In this document: positions 49,676-61,312 of the stretch, one piece after another | Numbering within the stretch: position 1 is the stretch's first letter | Layout: every line of letters starts with the position of its first letter | Assembly (NCBI GenBank): GCA_022605425.2 | Contig: JAKIMF020000001.1 | Coordinates: forward strand, 1,736,001 to 1,800,000 | Source of the DNA: Hamiltosporidium tvaerminnensis FI-OER-3-3 | Taxonomy: Eukaryota; Fungi; Microsporidia | Reading direction: 5' to 3' | Length of the DNA: 64,000 nucleotides | The notes under the pieces: model-generated | What the model was told of the DNA's origin: nothing | The model's input: the letters and a program-made list of their open reading frames with translations, nothing else | The model's database searches: none | Made by a program: the position numbers and the translations under genes

Positions 49676-51666
49676 GTTTGGAATTGTCAATATAAACATG
49701 TTAGACTTTCTATATAACATAAAATATTTAAACCTAAATGCCTGCATTATAAGATGTATTGCAGACTAATATAAAATATTTTCTAAAGAAAAAGAACAAA
49801 TTCTAAATTTTGCCAAATATGAGCAGAAGATTTCCTGGTTTTAATATCCAGAAAAATTTTAATCAAACAAATCAAATATTATATTTTTATACCGGTTTTT
49901 TCTCGTGATTGTTTATAAAAATACTAAAATGATATAAAATAAAGTTTTTTTTATAGAAGTCATTGTAATAATTTTTATCTTAAGATTCTTTTATTAGTTG
50001 AAGGAATTGATATAAAGAACATTTTTCTGATTAATTGTATAAAATTCATTAAAACAAACAGTAATATATCATCAATTACCTGAAAAAATTATTATAAAAT
50101 TGAGATTATCATGAATATTTTCTTAAAACGAGTTAGGATGTTTTTTTTATTCAAAATTTTATGAGAAAACTAATTTTTTATAATAATTAAATACTTTCTT
50201 AGAAGACAGATATATGCGCAACATAATAATTATAAGGATATTTTGCTTTTTGAAACCCGAATTCTTTTACTCAACAATTATCCTAAAACTATTTAATCTT
50301 TAAAGATTTTTATAGCAGAATATAAAAATGGTTTAGATTAAAACTTTTTTTAGTTTCTGACTTCTATCAGATTTAAAATGTCTTTTATATTGCTTTCGCA
50401 CATTAGTTTGCTAAAATTTGGATAGAAATACCGGAACTGCATGGTTTTTAACCGACTAAAAAGCTTAGAAACGGCTTAATCGCTTCTACAAAGTAGTTTA
50501 TATCCCAGAAATTTACTTCAAATTTGTATTTACTCCATAATATATGTTTTTAGGATTCTTTCAAAAGCATCTCACAAGTTTAATCTTGCACAAGACTACT
50601 TTAAAGCTAATTTTTTTTTTATTGGTAAATGACTAATAAGTTCTTAATTTCTTACTTATTATTTCAATCGCTGTTTCTTGTCGTATTCGAGAATGAACAA
50701 ATGAAAGTTCATTTTTTTTGTAATTTGTTATAACTCGGAATTATAGGAGATAGGCCTATAGATTTAGTGTGCTTTATGTCACAATAAATCGAAACTAAAA
50801 TTTTCACAACAATTCTATCAACTAATTGCCTAGCAGATAGATTTTAATGTTGATATTCTACCTCTATCATCTTTATCTACACGAAGTTTATTTCCACAAA
50901 AACAACTAGTATATCCAATGAATAGTTAACTTACGATATTATTGGTATACTATCCATTATCTCGCATCTATATATTCTATTCCACATATTTTGTGAATGG
51001 ATTGCTTAAAAATCGATTTTTAAAAAAAACTCAAAATATCAGATTTTTTGCTTATAAAAGGCATTTTTGCAATTTAAAAAGCATTTTGTGTTTTTTATAG
51101 CTATAAAGTTACCAAAATCACGCTTTTTTTATACCTTTTCATTGTATTTAATATAATCCATGCCTTACTGCTATTACAATATTATACTGCTTCAATATAT
51201 CTTTCTATTACGCATGCAAATACATTTTAGTTATAAAAAATTACTTTATTTTTAGCTCGTTATACTTTGAGAATCACATTCGATTCATGTATAACCCACC
51301 TCTTGTTATTTTTATGTCCCGAAGTTCTCTAAAAATTTGAAAATATTTATTGGATTATTGATCGAATGCAATTTTTGTTTTTTCTGAAGGATAAGATGTA
51401 CCAACCAAAGATTGATCCTTACACGTCGAATATTAAAGTAAGATTTCTGACAATTTGAAGTTTTGTACTTGCACTAAATTTCATACCAATTTAAATTTCC
51501 TTCATTTAAATTTAATATCTAAGTAATACAAACATTTACGTCATATTTATAACGATTTTTTCTGTTTCCATTATATAAAATATTCTGAATTAAATCAAGT
51601 CATTTTCCTCGTATTTTGAATATATTTTTACTATAAATATGCTTTTTAATAAAAAAACTATTAAAA

Positions 51667-52161
51667 TCATTTTTTTATTAATCTCTTTACATTTATCAGA
51701 ATAGGTAAAAAAACAGGTAAAAAAATACCTAAATTATATTCCCATGAGTAGACTAGAAATATGGTTTTAGAAAAACTATCAATATTATTTTTAAGATATA
51801 CAATTCGATTCTTTGCTAAAAAATATTTTTCTTCTGTAAAATTCCCGTTCAATAATTTTTTTATTTCTTTTTTATTAAAATATTCCAAATTATTGATCAT
51901 AATTTTAATTAAATTATAATAGTCAATAAATAATTCAGGATTTGTTCTGTTATAACTTTTTACAATTTTAACCTGAATTCTTTTAAAATTGTCATTTTCT
52001 AGAACAAAATTTGTATTCAGTTTTCTTACTTTTTCGTTAAAATATTTTTTCATTTCTATTTTTTCTTTTTCAATTTCTTGATTAAAATTTTCTTTGAAAT
52101 GATAATAAGTTACTAAAATCAAAATAAGCAAATAAATATATACTTTAACCTTGATATTCAT
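51667..52161 (-). CDS. Small two-TM membrane protein; possible highly reduced GPI-transamidase subunit PIG-S/Gpi17
   Basis: 164 aa, CCCC motif 7 nt before the ATG, N-terminal TM. C-terminal VYSWEYNLGIFLPVFLPILI resembles PIG-S LYFPxExKxAIYxPLFLPxxxPIL. The gene is likely real; the product call is tentative. Confidence 0.55.
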   Translation of the reverse strand: MNIKVKVYIYLLILILVTYYHFKENFNQEIEKEKIEMKKYFNEKVRKLNTNFVLENDNFKRIQVKIVKSYNRTNPELFIDYYNLIKIMINNLEYFNKKEIKKLLNGNFTEEKYFLAKNRIVYLKNNIDSFSKTIFLVYSWEYNLGIFLPVFLPILINVKRLIKK

Positions 52162-52513
52162 TGTCAGTGGGGCTCAAAATAAACCAAAATCTAAAATTCT
52201 AATTAATAGGTTTTTATTTTCTTTCCCCCTAACTTCTTTATCTACAAATAAAAAATTCTGATGAAAATACATATTTATAAACCTACGTATATTTATACGT
52301 TACCATTGGAATAAATTATAATTGATTGTCATATTATCAATATAGACAAACAACATAAATAAATCATGAATTAATTTAATAAAATATAGAGAAATTATTT
52401 CATTTCATTACTTTAATTTGTAACAAATAGAGTAATTTTCTCAAATTAAGTTTTCTAAATTACATTTTGTTAGCTTTTCATTTCAATCTTTTTATATTTT
52501 TATGCATAAAAAC

Positions 52514-52563
52514 AAATTAAATTAAATTAAATTAAATTAAATTAAATTAAATTAAATTAAATT
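52514..52563. repeat. (AAATT)10 microsatellite
   Basis: Ten perfect AAATT units. Confidence 0.95.
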
Positions 52564-53016
52564 GTAATTATTATTATATTTAAAACAAAAATTATACTTG
52601 TATTCAATTTTTAAGGAATTAAATTTTTCCTTTTTTTTGATAAATTATACTTTTATTGATTCGAATAAGGTAGTAGATAATAACTTAAGAAAACAAATAA
52701 GTATAAATATTTCTATACATTTACATACTATTGTATAATAAAATCATAAATACTTACTATTTAAGATATTCTCTTATAATATTTAAAATTGGATTAAAAG
52801 ATGTTTATTTATACATTAAAATAAAAAAAACAATTATTTTTGAATTATTAATAAAAAAATTTTTTATTTTTCATCTTTAATTTACAATAAAAAAAAGTAT
52901 TTAAAATTTAATAAAATTTATTCTTTAAATGAATAATGTGATATAAGAATATAAATAATTCTTATACACTTTTAAAAATCTCTCTACTTCCACTTCTATT
53001 TTAACTATTAAAATGG

Positions 53017-53312
53017 AAACTAAAATTAAATTTTAATAAAAAAATATGAAAAAAAATTAAATATTAAATATTGAAACGTATAATTAAGAAAAGAAAAAAA
53101 ATATTAAACTAAAATTAAATTTTAATAAAAAAATATGAAAAAAAATTAAATATTAAATATTGAAACGTATAATTAAGAAAAGAAAAAAAATATTAAACTA
53201 AAATTAAATTTTAATAAAAAAATATGAAAAAAAATTAAATATTAAATATTGAAACGTATAATTAAGAAAAGAAAAAAAATATTAAACTAAAATTTAATTT
53301 AAATAAAAAAAT
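53017..53312. repeat. 89-bp tandem repeat, ~3.3 copies
   Basis: The unit AAACTAAAATTAAATTTTAATAAAAAAATATG...GAAACGTATAATTAAGAAAAGAAAAAAAATATT starts at 53017, 53106, 53195 and partially at 53284. Confidence 0.95.
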
Positions 53313-53837
53313 AAATTGAATATTTACATAAGTATTTAATTAAAAATTTCATTTATATAAATTAAATTCTAATATTCTTAGAAAATATATTTTTATAAAT
53401 TTTTTACTGTATTATGAAATTTTCGGATTTTATTAGTGTTTATAAGTTTATAATTTCTTTTTCTTTATTTTTTCTAAATTTATAATATTTAATCCAAGAA
53501 TAGTAAATTAAAAATCTGATATGTTGATATATCAGTGATTAATAAAAGATAGGGTATAATTTCTAAAAAAAAAGTACAAAATATTTCATATTTGATATAT
53601 CGATATCCTATTTTTTATATTTTAAGAATCTGAATTTATATTTCAATTTTTTGATTTTTTATTTAAAATTACAAAATTTTTAAATATGAGGTATAAAAGT
53701 ATTTAGAATTAGATTTTTTTTAAAAATTTGGAAATCATTTGCTTTTAATGACCATTAATTATATCATAAAATTTATCATAAAAATATAAACAATAATAAA
53801 TATTTGTCTTTTAATGATTAAAATTTTTTCGGTTTTT

Positions 53838-54020
53838 AAAAATTATCTTTGACTTAAAAAATTATCTTTTAATATAAAAATTGTAGTTTTAAAAAAATTA
53901 TCTTTGACTAAAAAAATTGTAGTTTTAAAAAAATTATCTTTGACTAAAAAATTATCTTTGACTAAAAAATTATCTTTGACTAAAAAATTATCTTTGACTA
54001 AAAAAATTGTAGTTTTAAAA
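53838..54020. repeat. Two-module minisatellite upstream of ACSL paralogue 3
   Basis: Module A = AAAAAATTATCTTTGACT and module B = AAAAAATTGTAGTTTT, in the order A A' B A B A A A A B. Confidence 0.9.
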
Positions 54021-54227
54021 TATTTTTTGTTTTTAAAAAATGCAAAATTTGTTTCAACAATTGTTTAATTACCATGGAATACTTAAAACTAGATATGGAA
54101 TTAATATAAAATTTCCAATTATAGAATTCAATAAGCTATAATCAAACACCGATAACTTTTTCATCCCATTAGAAGATTATAAATAAAAAAAAAATTTATA
54201 AAAAATATTATTTATGCATAAAACCCC

Positions 54228-56114
54228 ATGAAAAAACAAAATACAAATTTACAGTACATAAAAAAAACAAATGATTTTTATTCCCACGTAGCTTACGATC
54301 CAGACATAAAAGCTACAAAAGAAGGTTCAGAAACACTTCTTGAACTGTTTGAATTCGTATGTCGTTCAAATCCAGAAAAAGATTTTATTGGTTTCATCGA
54401 AAATGAAAAACTATATTGGCTTACTTATAAAGAAATATTGGAACGAACAACAAAACTTTCCAGATTTTTAAAAATGCTTGTCAGTCCCAAAGAAACAATT
54501 GGTATTTATTCTGTAAACCGACCGGAATGGATTATAACAGAACAAGCCATTTATATGGTAAATTGTGTGAATTGTCCTTTGTATTCTACGTTTGGTATAG
54601 AATCATTGAAACACATTTTGAATGAAACTGAAATGAAAGTTTGTCTGATGTCTGGATTAAAAGCAATATCTTTTTATAAAGAAGTATTACAAAATACTAA
54701 AACACATTTAACAGATATTATTTGTTATGATGAACTTGACTCACAAATTTGTAAAAATTATAAATCAAAAAATATTCGAATTCATTTTCTTGAAGATATT
54801 TTGAATGAAGATTTTGTCGATACAAATTTAAAAGATTATGGAAGACCAGGTGGTGAGGATTTGGCAACAATATGTTATACAAGTGGAACATCCGGTTGCC
54901 CCAAGGGTGTTTTACAAACACATCGCAATTTTATTTCGACTGTATCTTCTTTTACGATGAGTGGTGCAACCGATTCTATTTTTAGTTTGAATGATTCTGA
55001 TGTTTATATTTCTTATCTTCCTTTGGCACATGTAATGGAAAGAATTATTTTTAGTGTTCTGATGCATGTTGGGTCGAAGATAGCTTTCTATAATGGAAAT
55101 CCTAAAAGATTACAAACCGATATGAAAATAATTAAGCCAACTTTTTTTGCGGGAGTTCCTCGCGTTTTTGATGTTTTTAAAGAAAAAATAATGGAAAAAA
55201 TAAATGAAAAAAACTTTTTTTTAAGATTTATTTTTAACTTGGCTTTGAGATATAAAATCTATCAAGTTAGAAAAGGAAATTTTATCTGCAAATTTCTTGA
55301 CAAATATATTTTCAATAAAGTCAAAGAAGAATTTGGAGGAAAAATAAGAGCCTGTCTGTCTGGATCTGCGCCCTTAAGTCCATCTGTGTGTGAATTTCTT
55401 CAGGCAGTACTTTCATGTCCTATAATCGAAGGATATGGACAAACCGAAGCTATAGGTGCAAATATTTTGAAACCGACTACATGTCCAGATGTTGGAGTAG
55501 TAGGAATTCCATTTCCAGTCAATGCAGTAAAACTTATTCCTTGGGATAAATATCCTGGAGGAACAGAAGGAGAAATTCTATTGAAGGGTCCTAATATTAC
55601 CAAGGGTTATTATAAAAAACCAGATTTAACAGAAGAAACATTTACCAAGGATGGATGGTTAAGAACAGGTGATATTGGTTCATATTCTAATGGAAATTTT
55701 AAAATTATTGGAAGAAGAAAAGAAATTTTTAAAACTTCACTTGGAGAATACATAATACCAGAAAAAGTTGAAACCGCATTGAAAGGAGGAATTTTAAATG
55801 ATATTTTAATTGTTGGAAGAGAATTTTGCAATTATATAATTGGTTTGGTTGTTTGTACAGATTGTACGATTGATTTAGAAGAAATATACAAGAAAACAAT
55901 AGAAATGGGAAATAAAAAGTTTTCAGAAGGTGGATTAACAAGATTTGAAATTCCTTCTAAAATTATTGTTTTAAGAAAGGAATTCGATACGTTTGGAGAA
56001 TTTGTTACGCCAACTGGAAAAAAGAAACGAAGTTTGATTGAAAAATATTTTGAGGAAGATATTGATAATTGTTTTAATGGAACTTATAGCTTTATTTTAT
56101 CTTCAAAAATTTGA
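54228..56114 (+). CDS. Long-chain acyl-CoA synthetase (ACSL/FAA family), paralogue 3
   Basis: YTSGTSGCPKG, SYLPLAHVMER, EGYGQTE, KGPNITKGYYK, DGWLRTGDIG, IIGRRKEIFK, TPTGKKKR. CCCC directly before the ATG. Confidence 0.97.
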   Translation: MKKQNTNLQYIKKTNDFYSHVAYDPDIKATKEGSETLLELFEFVCRSNPEKDFIGFIENEKLYWLTYKEILERTTKLSRFLKMLVSPKETIGIYSVNRPEWIITEQAIYMVNCVNCPLYSTFGIESLKHILNETEMKVCLMSGLKAISFYKEVLQNTKTHLTDIICYDELDSQICKNYKSKNIRIHFLEDILNEDFVDTNLKDYGRPGGEDLATICYTSGTSGCPKGVLQTHRNFISTVSSFTMSGATDSIFSLNDSDVYISYLPLAHVMERIIFSVLMHVGSKIAFYNGNPKRLQTDMKIIKPTFFAGVPRVFDVFKEKIMEKINEKNFFLRFIFNLALRYKIYQVRKGNFICKFLDKYIFNKVKEEFGGKIRACLSGSAPLSPSVCEFLQAVLSCPIIEGYGQTEAIGANILKPTTCPDVGVVGIPFPVNAVKLIPWDKYPGGTEGEILLKGPNITKGYYKKPDLTEETFTKDGWLRTGDIGSYSNGNFKIIGRRKEIFKTSLGEYIIPEKVETALKGGILNDILIVGREFCNYIIGLVVCTDCTIDLEEIYKKTIEMGNKKFSEGGLTRFEIPSKIIVLRKEFDTFGEFVTPTGKKKRSLIEKYFEEDIDNCFNGTYSFILSSKI

Positions 56115-57396
56115 TTTGGTTAAAAGATTAGTTTATATTTTTTTATTTTATAATTTAATTAATTTGGTATTTTTTGATTATAAAACGTTCGGTTTTGGTA
56201 AATTAAATTCATTGATATTAAATATGGTAATATCAGTAGCTATGAGTTTAGAGTTAAAAAATATTTTTTGTTATTATTTATAATAATCAAATCATTTTTA
56301 GGAATGACAAAATAGCCTTTTTTGATTAAAGCATATTTAGGATGTTTTTTTGAATTGATTATGATAAAATGGGAGTAGGAATAGATATAATTTTAATTCA
56401 TAGTTCATTTAAACTTCCTAGTTTCTTTATTTGAAGTTAAAATCTGAATATAAAAAAAGTTAAAATTTTTTAAGGTGTAAAATAATATAAGACAAATCAA
56501 AGTTTAGTATTTTCTTTTTTCACATAATATAATCCTTAAATGTATATTTTTTTTATAGAATTAGAAATTATATTTGCTAAGATATGTAGAAATCTATTTT
56601 TTAATATTTGGTATATATTGCGAATTTTATTTTGTTATGAATCATATGTTTCTCGTTAGATTTATAAATTTTAAGAACTGTTTTAAAAGATATTTAAATA
56701 TAAATTAGCATGTGTAAATAAATATACAGGATGTAAAATGAAATCCAAACATGTCTCATAACATATTTAATTAAAACCGAGCATGTATTTAAATCAACTT
56801 TTTTATTTCAAACATATTAAATAATGATAAATATAAGTTATTGCAGTCATTTTTTTGACCTTTCTTTCAAAAATTCTAATAAAACCATAAATGATTTATT
56901 ATTTGCTAACCATCACATCATTCTAAAAACTTGTCATATGATATATTCTTTGATAACATTAAATCCGTTAAAATTTCTCTATAGGTATCTGTTCCTTAAA
57001 CAGTCCATCAATACATCTTATTCACCTTATCCCAAAACAATTCCACCGGAAAATGTGTAGAGTGACTCACTACACGATTTAGTTGTCCGGATTTAAATTA
57101 TTTCAGTTGTCTGTTTTGCTATCGTCGATCGAAACAAACATTGGACATCACATGAACAGCAGGAATCCCCACATAAGACACATCAAAAACCAAATAAACA
57201 ACAAGCTAAGATATATCACAAACGACTTATATAGGTCGACTTAAAAGTCGCAATACATACCAACGGGCGTAATTCGCTACTTAGCTTTTTTGGCTTTTAA
57301 AGAGTATTTTTCTTTGTATACCTCACGTGTTTAGTCTTCGACTCCCTTGCACAAGACTAGGCTCAGCAATTTCGCATTATAACTATCTAAAGGTTC

Positions 57397-60300
57397 TTTC
57401 TCTCCATGTTGAGAGCAAAATTGGCTTGGATTATTCCCTGATTGTCGTGAGAGGCGACTAAAAGGAACAGTTCCTTCAGGCTGGGGGCGGCGTTTGGCTT
57501 ATAACCCCCCTTTAAAACCAATATTTTACAAAACCCAAAAACGTAATTAAACCCAGACGAAAAATTAAAAAACTACCTAGCGTGGTTAAACAAAAAACAG
57601 ATATTCTACTTGCAACATGGAACGTGCGTCCCCTACATAGACAGTTGCCCTGATGTGTCTGTCTGATGCGAACTAATATCGTAAAATTTACATTGTTGCC
57701 CTATAAGAAATGAGATGGACTAGAAAATGGATTCTGGATATGAAGAACTATTCGCTCTCTATAGTTGTCACGAAAAGCACCACCTACTGGGGACAGAACT
57801 CATGATTGGAAGCAAGATAAAACCGCTTGCAATCGATTATCAAGCTTACGCACCCAGGCTATGTAGTATCAGAATAAGAAAATAAATTTAAATTAGAGTG
57901 TCATCAATGTTCAGGCTCACACGGAAGATGCAAGTGAGAAGGAAAAAAAGCCTTTTATAGCCTCTTACTGAAACTATACGACGATTGTTCACTAAATGAC
58001 ATTATATTTCTGTTTGGAGACATAAACGCTAAAATATGTAAAGACTCTTCTGTAGTTGGATTGGAAATTATTGTATACATCAGGAGCATTCTGAAAATAC
58101 ATTCCAACTGATTAATTTTGCTATAAGCCGAAATTTTGCTGTTGCAGGAACACTTTTTGATTACAGGAATACACACATGGGTATTTAAACGACCCCGGAT
58201 GTTGATACAGTCAGCCAAATGGATCACACCCTGTTTGACAAGCGTTATGACACCAGCTTACATGATGTTGGAGTATATCGGAGTGCCAAAGCTGATAATG
58301 ATTATTTCCTTCTCGTTATACGACTAAAAGCGAGAATCTCACACTCCAGAAATCAAAAAGGAACTAAGTCTGTCAGATATAAAACCCGAATGTTAGAATA
58401 TGAGGATATGAAGAAAATATCTGAGTCAAAAACTAACGAAATCGTTAGAGCACGGAGTAAAGAAGATATAGATGACAAATGGAATAGGCTTAAACAAACT
58501 ATAGTAGGAGCAGTTCGGGTATACGTCTAATAATAGCTAATGAATGAAAGAAATGGATGGTTTGAATAGGAATGTGCAAGCATAACCAAAGCTAAGAATG
58601 AGGCCTAGAAATTGGTGATACAAAAAAACAGTCAAGAGTTGATACCGAAAGATATAGAGATGCGAGAAATGAGGAAAAGAGGATACACCCAGCTAAAAAT
58701 AGACAGTCCACAATGGATCATCTGGAGCTAATTCAGAAATATAATACTATACACCGTAGCAGAGAAATGCATAGAAATGTGAATGATACCAGACGAGCTT
58801 TCATTACGCGAACAAATAGCCGTAGAAGTAAAACGGATGAGACAATAAGTGACATCCAATAAGTAATAAATAGATGGTCAGAACATTTTAGAGAACTACG
58901 GAATGAACGCGGAGATCAAGCAGATACAGACAACGTATTTGACGAACTAGAGGATATGGGTAGCTATGAAGATATTGCTTTTCTATGAAGAAGTACATAA
59001 AGCCGTGGAAAAACCGAAAGCAATAAAGTCTTTGAGATGAACGAAATTTCTAGTGAACTCATTAAAAACGCTGGTGAAAATTACATTAAAGAGCCGACGC
59101 ATTTACTTAGGGGGAATGGAAAGAAGAGAAAATGCCTAAAGGATGGGATACAAGTCTTGTCTTCTTGATTCACAAAAAAGAAGACATATTGAATTGTGAA
59201 AATTACCGAGGAATATCTCTTCTAAACACAACCTACAAAGTTCTGTCTAGCATTATTTTCACACGACCGCTACCATAAGTAGAGAACATCATCGGAGAAT
59301 ACGAATGCTGCTTCCGGAAAGATCGTTCGACATCGGACAAGATCTTTGCACTAAAACAAATTATAGAGAAAAGATTAGAATATAAGATAAGTGCCCACCC
59401 TTTTTATAGACTTCCAGCAAGCATATGACAAAGTCAACAGAAAAATGCTGTACGAGCCATGAAAGAATTTAGTATTCCCCCTAATGGTATTAATGAACTA
59501 AAATGATAATGTCTAGATCAAGTTGCAGAATTAGAGTACAGTCGACTCTATCAGAACCAGTTAAAACATTTAATCGTCTACAGCAAGGTGAAGCACTTGC
59601 GTGTCCACTATTTAACTTGGTCCCTGAGAAAGTATCCGTATTTCAAGTTCAAAGGTGGGAGGTCACATATTTAACGAGCAAATTCAAATCTTAGCATATG
59701 CTGATGATATTTACCTTATTGCAAGATCAAAAGTAAGTCTGCAAAGAGCGTTCATAGCTTTGAAATCTGCAGCCAAGAAGATTGGTCTGGTTATTAACAT
59801 TCGCAAGATAAACATATGACATTTAGCAATAGCCGAAGACTCTCACAATTCCAACTCGGGGACTATTTTTTACAACAGTAGAAGATTTTGTTTATTTAGT
59901 ATCCCGAATAGATGTAAAAAATAGCCGCTTTAAAAAATTAAAAAAAGAATTGGCGATGAAAAAGGGCATATATAGTCTCATAAGCAGTTTAAGTCCAAGC
60001 TTATTACTATGAAGAAAAAAGTCATAGTCTATAAAACGCTCTTGAGACCCGTTCTTATGTATGAATCAGAATCTTGGGTTGTTATAGAGATTTATGAGCA
60101 AAGACTAACGGTGTTCGAAAAGAAAATACTCCAACGTATTTATGGATTTAAAGAAGAAAATGGTAGGTGGAGGAAACTACACAACAGTGAATCTACACTG
60201 AATTAAAGGAAATGTCAGATGTAGACTTAGTCTGCCTTAACAGACACCGCCGGAAAGACATCTGCTAAGAATGAAACAGAATCGCATGTCTTTCAAATTT

Positions 60301-60487
60301 TGAACCATATATCAGTCGGGAAAAGGAATGTGAGAAGACCCAAGACTCGCTGTATTGACTAAATCGAAAAGACCGCCCTACTTCTGGGAGTAGAAGACTG
60401 GTGGAATGTTGCGCTGGAAAGCGACCAGTGGGCGACATTACTGAGGAAGGCCAAGACACCCGCAGGGCTGTAGCGCCGAAGATAATA
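57397..60487 (+). mobile_element. Full-length but inactivated RTE-clade non-LTR retrotransposon (APE endonuclease + RT)
   Basis: APE remnants ILLATWNV, EMRW and GDINAKI. RT remnants [34 protein letters not shown] and AYADDI. C-terminal YKTLLRPVLMYESESW. Flanked by a degenerate 16-bp TSD, AACTATCTAAAGGTTC (57381) / AATTACCTTTAGGTTC (60488). Confidence 0.92.
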
Positions 60488-61074
60488 AATTACCTTTAGG
60501 TTCACCGTTTTTGCTAATATATCTGTAGAAAACTACAAACAAGCATTATAAAATATTTTCAGCATTTTTTAAATTGGCTCTTCTTTATACAATCATGAAG
60601 CAACTGTAATGTATTGCGGTTTTGATTTCAAAAAAATACACATAATAGGTTTCCCATAAATTTCTTCAAATCCCTGCCAAGCATAGAATTTTCAATATTG
60701 TTATTCGTCATTTGACTATCCACCGATTTAATCAAAACTATAAATTGGTAAATAGATTAATTTGAATAAAAGACCATGAACATTAACCTTATAGACTGAA
60801 TACCGCGAAAGGATAGCAAACTACTTTTTACAAATAATAAAAATAGGTAAACTAAAGCCTTTAAGACGTATAAAAGAACAAAATAAGATACAAAAAATAA
60901 TCTTAAGTAATAGATAGATTGTTTATTATACCTTCTTATGTTTCTTCAGAACAGCTTATATTTCTGTCATAGGTAAAATGCATGGTAAGAATATGTTAAA
61001 GGAGCGATCGCAAAATCCTTAAGATACTACTTGCAAATAAATAGATACAAAATTGATGTTTTAACGCAAAATAT

Positions 61075-61312
61075 TCATTCATTCATCCTTGGCACTACAG
61101 CTCTGTGCGAGCCTTGGCCTCCCTTAGTAATACCGCCCACCGGTCTTTTCCCAGTGGGTTTGATTACTTATTGGGTTTCGTAACAGGTAGTTTTAAAGGG
61201 TGGGTTGTTAGCCCTACGCCCAACCCCAACATGGAGGATAAGTCCCTTTCAGTCGCCTCTAACGACAAGCAGAGAATAATCCAAGCCAATTCTGCTTTTG
61301 ACATGGTGAAGA
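61075..61312 (-). mobile_element. Bipartite RTE-derived non-autonomous retroposon (SINE-like), copy 2
   Basis: RTE 5' leader + RTE 3' end + (TGAA)n tail. Perfect 12-bp TSD AACGCAAAATAT at 61063-61074 and 61313-61324. Confidence 0.93.

Noticed and set aside
53017-54020. Tandem repeats as a CRISPR array
   Set aside because: No unique spacers, no cas genes, and a eukaryotic context.
56103-56114. PTS1-like C-terminus SKI of ACSL3 (and HKL of RPE1)
   Set aside because: Microsporidia lack peroxisomes and PEX5, and K/I/L-rich ends arise easily by chance in AT-rich genes.
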